Assembly (NCBI GenBank): GCA_964651645.1 | Contig: CAZYVW010000002.1 | Coordinates: forward strand, 1 to 33,235 | Source of the DNA: an uncultured Candidatus Saccharibacteria bacterium | GTDB lineage: Bacteria; Patescibacteriota; Saccharimonadia; Saccharimonadales; CAZYVW01 | DNA: 33,235 bases | Direction of reading: 5' to 3' | In this document: one piece after another, positions 1-6,123 of the stretch | Numbering within the stretch: position 1 is the first letter of the stretch | How the letters are laid out: the number at the start of each line of letters is the position of its first letter | Notes under the pieces: generated by a model | Told to the model about the DNA's origin: nothing | What the model saw: the letters and a program-made list of their open reading frames with translations, nothing else | Database searches by the model: none | Program-made: the position numbers and the translations under genes

Positions 1-29
1 CAAATAACTGATATACATATATACACCCT

Positions 30-689
30 ATGAGTAGAATTGCTTTGCGTAAACCAGTCCTTGTTATGCTTTATGGTTATCCCGGAGCAGGCAAAACTCA
101 CTTTGCTCGCCAACTGGCTGAGGCGCTCGGTGCCGCCCACGTTCAAGGCGACCGCATCCGTTATGAGCTGTTTGAAAACCCTCGTTATGACAAGCAAGAA
201 AATGTAGTTATAAACCACCTGATGGAGTATATGACCGAGGAGTTTTTGCACTCTAACGTCAGTGTTATTTTTGATGCCAATGCCGTCCGTTTTGGCCAAC
301 GCCGAGCACTTCGCGACATGGCTCGCAAATCCAAGGCAGAACCGGTGCTTATTTGGCTGCAGATAGACATTGAGAGCGCCTTTGGACGGATTGCTAACCG
401 CGACCGGCGCCGGCTTGACGATAAATACAAAAACAATATGGATCGCACTGGCTTTGACTCATTTAGGGCAAACATGCAAAACCCTAAAAATGAAGACTAC
501 ATGGTCATTAGTGGCAAACACACCTTTAACACTCAGCGCAGCGCCATTGTTAAGAAATTCTATGAAATGGGCTTAATTGACGGGGACAGTGCGTCTAGCA
601 ATGTGATTAAGCCGGGGATGGTTAATTTGGTCCCAAATCAGCCTACAGGCCGCGTTGACATGGCCCGCCGAAATATAACTATTAGATAA
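30..689 (+). CDS. P-loop NTPase, AAA_33 / zeta-toxin / polynucleotide-kinase-like kinase
   Basis: 219-aa ORF with Walker A GYPGAGKT near the N-terminus and a hydrophobic strand ending in D (VIFDAN). No SD is present. A TATATA box at 18-23 ends 6 nt before the ATG. Confidence 0.7.
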   Translation: MSRIALRKPVLVMLYGYPGAGKTHFARQLAEALGAAHVQGDRIRYELFENPRYDKQENVVINHLMEYMTEEFLHSNVSVIFDANAVRFGQRRALRDMARKSKAEPVLIWLQIDIESAFGRIANRDRRRLDDKYKNNMDRTGFDSFRANMQNPKNEDYMVISGKHTFNTQRSAIVKKFYEMGLIDGDSASSNVIKPGMVNLVPNQPTGRVDMARRNITIR

Positions 690-701
690 AAGTTATAATA
701 G

Positions 702-1439
702 TTGTTGATGCCAGTAAAAATACTTAATGTTGAAGGCTTGGGGCCCGTACATTTCTACAAAAAGCGCGGTATGCGTAGTATCCGCCTTAGTTTTACCGTC
801 GAAAATAACATCAGAGTTTCTTTGCCACTTTGGGTGCCTTACCGCGAAGCGCTAAGTTTTGTCAGTGATAAGCGAGAATGGATATTAAAGCACCGCCCGA
901 CAAGTGATTCATTACTAACAGATGGAATGCCAGTTGGCAGTGATCACATACTAAGGTTAGTTCGGACGGCTGACGTTGCTGAAATAAGCTCGCAGACTCT
1001 TGGCCGCACGATTTTGGTCGAGTTTCCACCACAATTAGTTGCCGACGACTCCAAAGTACAAGCTTCAGCCAGAAAGGCCGCTCACCGGGCCTTGCGCAAG
1101 GAAGCAGAAATTAGTTTGCCGTTAAGAACTCGAGCACTGGCTGAAACACATAACTTTAAGGTTAGAAGCATTAGTGTCCGACAATTAAAACGGCGTTGGG
1201 GGAGTTGTGATAGCAAGGGCAACATTACGTTTAACTTTTTTCTGATGCAGATGCCGGATAAGTTAATAGATTATGTAATCTTGCACGAGTTGACTCACAC
1301 TAAGCAAATGCATCACCAGAAAGCTTTTTGGGAAACTTTGGCGTCTGTCTTGCCAGAGTATAAGGATTTGCGTAAGCAGTTGAAAGATTACAAACCAGCG
1401 GTTATGCCGGCCGGCGAACGCCCTGAAACTACGGACTAA
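702..1439 (+). CDS. DUF45 / YgjP-like (M48-related) zinc metallohydrolase
   Basis: 245-aa ORF with an HExxH motif in ILHELTHTKQMHH and the family-typical RRWGSC segment upstream. The track start is TTG 702; ATG 708 is an equally plausible start. Confidence 0.75.
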   Translation: MLMPVKILNVEGLGPVHFYKKRGMRSIRLSFTVENNIRVSLPLWVPYREALSFVSDKREWILKHRPTSDSLLTDGMPVGSDHILRLVRTADVAEISSQTLGRTILVEFPPQLVADDSKVQASARKAAHRALRKEAEISLPLRTRALAETHNFKVRSISVRQLKRRWGSCDSKGNITFNFFLMQMPDKLIDYVILHELTHTKQMHHQKAFWETLASVLPEYKDLRKQLKDYKPAVMPAGERPETTD

Positions 1440-1490
1440 AACTAACTCTTCACACAATCCGCAACTTATGCTATATTGACAGAGACGAGA

Positions 1491-1513
1491 ACTACCATCA
1501 CGGTAGTTTTTTT
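1491..1513 (+). terminator. Rho-independent terminator-like hairpin
   Basis: AACTACC (1491-1497) pairs with GGTAGTT (1502-1508) around a 4-nt loop, followed by TTTTT (1509-1513). Confidence 0.55.
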
Positions 1514-1530
1514 AATAGCGAGAGTAATAA

Positions 1531-1929
1531 ATGGTAAGGATTGACACAACCAAGACGGAAACCGTTCGCGAGCGCACTGGCCGTGCGGCTGCTGACGGCA
1601 ATAAGCCCAAGCGCTTACGCCAAACTGCCAACACGGTTAGCTGGCCGGTTAGAACCCTCGGCAAAGCCGTCAAGGCAGTTCTTAACATCCTGGCTATTCC
1701 ATTCAGGACTCCACCTGGTCGTTTCTTAGGCAAAGTCCTGGGAACCATTTTCTTTGCCAGTTATTTCAAAAGCAGCTGGCAGGAACTCCGCCAAGTAGAG
1801 TGGCCAGGCCGCAAAGAAACCAGCAAACTGACACTTGCTGTCTTTATGTTTGCAGTCGTGTTTGCCGTTGTGGTGGCCTCAGCAGATTACGGACTAGATA
1901 AAATATTTAGAAAGGTATTAATCAAGTAA
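1531..1929 (+). CDS. secE: preprotein translocase subunit SecE with a long basic N-terminal extension
   Basis: The C-terminal segment SWQELRQVEWPGRKETSKLTLAVFMFAVVFAVVV is the typical SecE signature plus its single TM. It lies immediately upstream of nusG with a TAATG stop/start overlap. No alternative in-frame start lies nearer the core. Confidence 0.8.
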   Translation: MVRIDTTKTETVRERTGRAAADGNKPKRLRQTANTVSWPVRTLGKAVKAVLNILAIPFRTPPGRFLGKVLGTIFFASYFKSSWQELRQVEWPGRKETSKLTLAVFMFAVVFAVVVASADYGLDKIFRKVLIK

Positions 1930-2471
1930 TGACAAAACGTTATGACACAACCAAGCAATGGTACGCCATCCACACTTACAGTGGTTATGAAGAAAAAGTA
2001 GCCGAGAGTATTCGCCAACGTGCGGATTCACTAGATATGGCAGATAAAATCTTTCAGGTATTAGTACCTAAAGAAAAAATGATAGAAGTTAAGAACGGCA
2101 AGCGCAAGGTAGTAGAAAAGCGCATTTTCCAAGGTTATGTACTGGTAGAAATGAAGTTATCTGAAGACGCCTGGTACATTGTCCGCAATACGCCTTCAGT
2201 TACAGGCTTTGTTGGTAGTGGTTCCGAACCAACCCCAGTGGAAGAAGAAGAGATTGAGAAAATCATGAAGCGCATGGGCCGTGAAGAACCTAAGCACAAG
2301 ATTGACTTTAATATTGGTGAAGTTGTAAACATCATTGACGGACCATTCAAAGGCTTTGACGGTTCAATTAACGAGATTGACGCTGCCAAGGGCAAACTAA
2401 AAGTCTTAGTTAATATGTTCGGCCGCGAAACTCCTGTAGAACTCGATTCATTGCAGGTAAAGCGAGTTTAA
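1929..2471 (+). CDS. nusG: transcription termination/antitermination factor NusG
   Basis: 180 aa. NGN start KQWYAIHTYSGYEEKV and a C-terminal KOW (GEVVNIIDGPFKGFDGSINEID), in the conserved secE-nusG-rplK position. Confidence 0.95.
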   Translation: MTKRYDTTKQWYAIHTYSGYEEKVAESIRQRADSLDMADKIFQVLVPKEKMIEVKNGKRKVVEKRIFQGYVLVEMKLSEDAWYIVRNTPSVTGFVGSGSEPTPVEEEEIEKIMKRMGREEPKHKIDFNIGEVVNIIDGPFKGFDGSINEIDAAKGKLKVLVNMFGRETPVELDSLQVKRV

Positions 2472-2475
2472 TACC

Positions 2476-2850
2476 ATGGGTGAACTGTGTACAGGACTGA
2501 GCAATGGCCAAAAAGCCATAAGCATGCTTGAGCTAATGTTAAATGATCTCTATGAAAAAATAAGTCTTACCCAGGAGGAACGAATCTTTGTCGCCTCTAA
2601 GATAACCAGTTTGATACCCGATTTCGTAGTTCCTACAAGCGGGAGAATTGAGTGCAATTTGCAATGCAGCGACTGTGGCGCTACGCCCTCGTTGATTGTT
2701 GATACTCATCAACAAATCGCGACTATTGCCCGCCCGAATGTATGCACAATTGAGAGGGGTGAGCTCAGCTTAATTGATATGTCCCAGACTCTGGTTGAGA
2801 TATTCGCTGCAGAACCAACTGGACAACAGGGGTCGGATACTGTAGAATAA
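2476..2850 (+). CDS. hypothetical protein (ORFan A) between nusG and rplK
   Basis: 124-aa sense-strand ORF filling the whole nusG-rplK gap. It has no recognisable motif and no clear SD. Five Cys, including CNLQCSDC. Codon use is atypical (5 of 12 Ile as ATA). Confidence 0.45.
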   Translation: MGELCTGLSNGQKAISMLELMLNDLYEKISLTQEERIFVASKITSLIPDFVVPTSGRIECNLQCSDCGATPSLIVDTHQQIATIARPNVCTIERGELSLIDMSQTLVEIFAAEPTGQQGSDTVE

Positions 2851-2904
2851 TTTAGTTACGCACTGTGGCCGCAAGCTTCAGCGGCTAGAATGTAGAAAGA
2901 GTTT

Positions 2905-3333
2905 ATGGCAAAGAAAGTTACAGCTAATTTGAAATTGAAAATACGCGGCGGCCAAGCCAGCGCGGCGCCACCTGTTGGTTCTACTCTAGGCCAATACGGT
3001 GTTAATATGATGGATTTTATTAATCCATTCAATGAGCAGACTAAAGACCTAATGGGCAAGAACGTAACAGTGCACATTGCTATTTATGAAGATCGGTCAA
3101 TGACTTGGCGCGTTGTTGGAACACCTACAGACGACCTAATTCGTGAAAAGCTAGGAATTCAAAAGGGTTCCGGCAAGCCCAACACTGAAAAGGTCACTAA
3201 GAAACTATCAGACAGTGCCTTAACAGAGATTGCAGAGACCAAAGCTGGTGACATGAACACCGACGACATCCCTGCTGTTAAAAAGATGGTCGCCGGTACA
3301 GCCCGCAGCATGGGTGTAGAAGTCGAAGGATAA
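2905..3333 (+). CDS. rplK: 50S ribosomal protein L11
   Basis: 142 aa with GGQASAAPPVGSTLGQYGVNMMDF, the canonical L11 N-terminal domain. SD-like GAAAGAG lies upstream. Confidence 0.97.
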   Translation: MAKKVTANLKLKIRGGQASAAPPVGSTLGQYGVNMMDFINPFNEQTKDLMGKNVTVHIAIYEDRSMTWRVVGTPTDDLIREKLGIQKGSGKPNTEKVTKKLSDSALTEIAETKAGDMNTDDIPAVKKMVAGTARSMGVEVEG

Positions 3334-3341
3334 TAAAAATC

Positions 3342-3710
3342 ATGGGTCACATAGACGCAGAAACCACAAATGGAGTAATTAGCTTTAGTTATGAGGCTTA
3401 CACTGATGCCATGGAGCGTTACACCCTAGGGGATATGCTTGCTGTAGTTGAGCTAACTGAGTCGGGCTTAATGCTTGACCGAGAGACAGTAGACTTTGTC
3501 CGGGATTTTGCGATAGTCCAAGCAGAAGTTCATCCAGACACAGACAGGGGAATAGGTATAGGTAGTTTGGCAATGAGGCTTGATTTAGCTACAGGTCGGA
3601 CTAGTGAAGAGGAGTTTAAAGCCCGAGGCGTAGACATAGACGGAGCGATAAGAGAGTTTGAACTTGCGTTTGGACTGAAAACGGCACTTGGACGAAATCT
3701 TAATCAATAA
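3342..3710 (+). CDS. hypothetical acidic protein (ORFan B) between rplK and rplA
   Basis: 122-aa sense-strand ORF filling the rplK-rplA gap, with no recognisable motif. Six of 7 Ile are ATA, 3 of 9 Arg are AGR, and no CGC is used. Confidence 0.45.
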   Translation: MGHIDAETTNGVISFSYEAYTDAMERYTLGDMLAVVELTESGLMLDRETVDFVRDFAIVQAEVHPDTDRGIGIGSLAMRLDLATGRTSEEEFKARGVDIDGAIREFELAFGLKTALGRNLNQ

Positions 3711-3717
3711 TTAATTT

Positions 3718-3748
3718 GTGGGAGGCTGTAAAAAGCCGTTAGCACCAC
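3718..3748 (+). promoter_or_regulatory. candidate L1-binding autoregulatory mRNA structure (23S rRNA L1-stalk mimic)
   Basis: GUGG-GA-GGCU-[GUAAAA]-AGCC-GUUAGCA-CCAC. The outer stem is 3718-3721/3745-3748 and the inner hairpin is 3724-3727/3734-3737, with an asymmetric 3' loop. GGGAGGC...GCCG resembles the L1 mRNA site as I recall it. It ends just before the SD GAAAGGA of rplA. Confidence 0.3.
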
Positions 3749-3760
3749 GAAAGGATAGAT

Positions 3761-4714
3761 ATGACAGAAAAGAAAGAGCCAAAGGCTCCAAAGAAGGTTA
3801 TTAAAAAGGTAGAGGAGGCAGAGCTGATTGTTGAAGCTGTGCCTGAAACTGTTGAAGCTACTGAAACTAAGGAAGTAAAAGCTACCGCTAAGGCTGGTAA
3901 GCGCAGCGCTAAAGCTGTTGCTGAGAAAGAAGAAAAAGTCGCCAAAGAGGAGCGCAAAGCTTCTGATGATACGGAAAAGACTGACGACAAACCTAAAAAA
4001 GCTGTAAAGCCCGCTAGGCCTCGCATAGAACGCCAAGGCAAAAAACTCCAAGCAAGTGCCAAATTAGTTGAAAAGGACAAACTATACAGCCTAAAAGATG
4101 CAATGGACTTGGCCGCAAAGACCAGCCCAGTTAAGTTTGACGCTACAGTTGAACTACATATCAGACTTGGAGTTGATCCTAAGCAGGCAGACCAAAACCT
4201 GCGCGACACCGTAGCTTTGCCAGCCGGCACAGGCAAAATAGTCCGGATTGCCGTATTTGCCGAAGCCGACGACGCTGCCAAAGCCAAGGCAACTGGTGCC
4301 GATATTGCTGGCAACGAAGATTTCCTGGCTCAACTAGATAAGGAAAAGATTGATTTTGACGTACTAATTTCTACGCCTACACAGATGGCCAAATTAGGTA
4401 AATATGCTCGTTTACTAGGTCCAAAGGGCCTAATGCCCAACCCTAAAAGCGGCACCGTTACTAAAGACGTGGTTAAAGCCGTTAAAGAGGCCAAAGCCGG
4501 CCGCATGGAATACAGAATAGATAGCACTGGCATAATTCACTGCGGCATTGGCAAGGTTAGCTTTGGTGGTGAAAAACTGCTGCAAAACGCCCAGGCCGTA
4601 CTTGGCAGCGTTAAAGCCAACAAACCAGCCTCACTTAAAAGCAATTACGTACTGAGCATTTTTGCCACAACTTCTATGGGACCAAGTATTAAAGTTGCTG
4701 CAACAGAAATTTAG
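3761..4714 (+). CDS. rplA: 50S ribosomal protein L1 with a ~90-aa K/E/A-rich N-terminal extension
   Basis: 317 aa. The L1 core starts near residue 92 ([26 protein letters not shown]...LPAGTGK...[16 protein letters not shown]). SD GAAAGGA lies 5 nt upstream of the ATG. Confidence 0.95.
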   Translation: MTEKKEPKAPKKVIKKVEEAELIVEAVPETVEATETKEVKATAKAGKRSAKAVAEKEEKVAKEERKASDDTEKTDDKPKKAVKPARPRIERQGKKLQASAKLVEKDKLYSLKDAMDLAAKTSPVKFDATVELHIRLGVDPKQADQNLRDTVALPAGTGKIVRIAVFAEADDAAKAKATGADIAGNEDFLAQLDKEKIDFDVLISTPTQMAKLGKYARLLGPKGLMPNPKSGTVTKDVVKAVKEAKAGRMEYRIDSTGIIHCGIGKVSFGGEKLLQNAQAVLGSVKANKPASLKSNYVLSIFATTSMGPSIKVAATEI

Positions 4715-4731
4715 TTCTAAGCTATAGCTAA

Positions 4732-5334
4732 ATGAGCGCAAGAATAATCTGCTTCGATGGCCCTGACGGAACAGGCAAGAGCACTCAACTCGCTCTGGCC
4801 AAAGAAGCCTTAGAAAAACTTGGCCATAAGGTATATACCACTCGCACACCGGGGGGTACACCTATTGGTGAGGTTTTGCGCGAGGCTTTTCTTTCACATA
4901 CTGAGCGCCCACCTAAAACAGATTTACACATTGTTTGGGGCATGGAGCTGGCAATCAGTGACGAATTGGATAAAAAAAGAGGTGACTACGACTACATTTT
5001 GATAGACAGAGGGCCTTTGGCTTTCTTAGCTTATCAAGTTTTTGGCAGTGGACTTGATATGGACTATGGTATGAGGGCCGTCCAGGAAGTAATAGACGAT
5101 TGGCAGCCTGACATAATGTTCTTACTAACCGCTCCTTGGGAAATCTCCAAGAAGCGTCTGCACGACTCCAAAGCCAAGCTTGACTACTTTGAATCAAAAA
5201 GTGATAACTACCACGAGAAGGTCCAAGCAGGTTATGAAGCCGGTAAACAACAATTCAAAGTAACCATAATTAATGCCACCCCAGATATTGACACCGTTCA
5301 TAATGCCATTATGAAGCAAATCCAAGCACTATAG
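4732..5334 (+). CDS. tmk: thymidylate (dTMP) kinase, stand-alone copy with variant DRG motif
   Basis: 200 aa with P-loop FDGPDGTGKST, RTPGGTP, and LIDRGPLAFLAYQ in place of the usual DR(Y/F)xxSxxAYQ. It starts 17 nt after rplA. Confidence 0.85.
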   Translation: MSARIICFDGPDGTGKSTQLALAKEALEKLGHKVYTTRTPGGTPIGEVLREAFLSHTERPPKTDLHIVWGMELAISDELDKKRGDYDYILIDRGPLAFLAYQVFGSGLDMDYGMRAVQEVIDDWQPDIMFLLTAPWEISKKRLHDSKAKLDYFESKSDNYHEKVQAGYEAGKQQFKVTIINATPDIDTVHNAIMKQIQAL

Positions 5335-5356
5335 TTGTAATTTGTGCCTGCCTGTA

Positions 5357-5385
5357 TTGTTGTATACATTTTATTACCGTAGAAT
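5357..5385 (+). promoter_or_regulatory. putative sigma70-type promoter upstream of dcd
   Basis: TTGTTG (5357-5362), a 17-nt spacer, then TAGAAT (5380-5385). Confidence 0.3.
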
Positions 5386-5409
5386 GAGTTTACGGAAAGA
5401 GGTGTTATT

Positions 5410-6123
5410 TTGGGAGTTTATAGCAACACGCAGATTCGTCAGGCGCTTAAAGAGGGTCATATTGTCTGTACACCCTTTAACCCTAAGCATGTGGCTCATG
5501 CCAGCCTAGATGTCACCCTTGGCTATTATTACTACCGTACGGAACGTTCCAAGGGCCACCCAGTTTACAACCCGTTTGATGAACAAGACGTCAAACGCTA
5601 CTTTGAAGGAGCACTAAAAGCTGTACCGCACGCGGTGTGGTGCAAAGAAAACGGCATGAAGCCACTAAAAGGTATCCCAGCCAATCATCCGGTAATTCCG
5701 CTCCGCCCCGGCGAACGAATCTTAGCCCATACCCATGAATTTTTTGGAATTAAACCGCCCGGCGCCTATGAGCTAAAATCGCGCAGCAGCTGGGGACGCA
5801 ATGGCATTGCAGTATGTTTTGATGCTGGCTGGGTAGACCCAGGCTATATTAATCGCTTAACTTTGGAAATTTATAACCTCAATAGTGAAGAAATCGTACT
5901 CTTGCCGGTCGGCGAACGGATTGGCCAAGCCGTGTTCCATGAAACAGGTGAAGTAGAAGGCAACTACGGCCAAGGCCGCAACAAAGGTTTTAGCGGCAAA
6001 TACCAGAGCGGCACGGACCTTAATCAACTTATTAAAAACTGGCGGCCGGAACACATGCTGCCCAAGGCCTACCTAGATAAGCGGGCCTTGCCTAAAAAGA
6101 TACAAGGCCTAAAAGGTGATTAA
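5410..6123 (+). CDS. dcd: dCTP deaminase family protein (possibly bifunctional dCTP deaminase/dUTPase)
   Basis: 237 aa with ASLDVTLG, PGERILAHTHEFFG, KSRSSWGRNGI and GWVDPGY..LTLEIYN, typical of the Dcd/dUTPase superfamily. TTG start is preceded by the strong SD GAAAGAGGTG. Confidence 0.85.
   Translation: MGVYSNTQIRQALKEGHIVCTPFNPKHVAHASLDVTLGYYYYRTERSKGHPVYNPFDEQDVKRYFEGALKAVPHAVWCKENGMKPLKGIPANHPVIPLRPGERILAHTHEFFGIKPPGAYELKSRSSWGRNGIAVCFDAGWVDPGYINRLTLEIYNLNSEEIVLLPVGERIGQAVFHETGEVEGNYGQGRNKGFSGKYQSGTDLNQLIKNWRPEHMLPKAYLDKRALPKKIQGLKGD

Noticed and set aside
3704-4314. Long antisense ORFs (191 aa and 115 aa) opposite the 5' part of rplA
   Set aside because: They lie opposite the low-complexity K/E/A-rich extension of L1, where GCN/AAR/GAR codon periodicity keeps the reverse frames open. 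They have no start context, and their Ser/Leu/Phe/Ala-rich low-complexity translations look like artefacts.
5410-6123. dCTP deaminase as an anti-phage nucleotide-depletion defence gene
   Set aside because: As I recall, defensive dCTP deaminases carry an extra N-terminal kinase-like domain and sit in defence islands. This one is a single-domain enzyme with host-like codon use, embedded in a coherent dTTP biosynthesis context.
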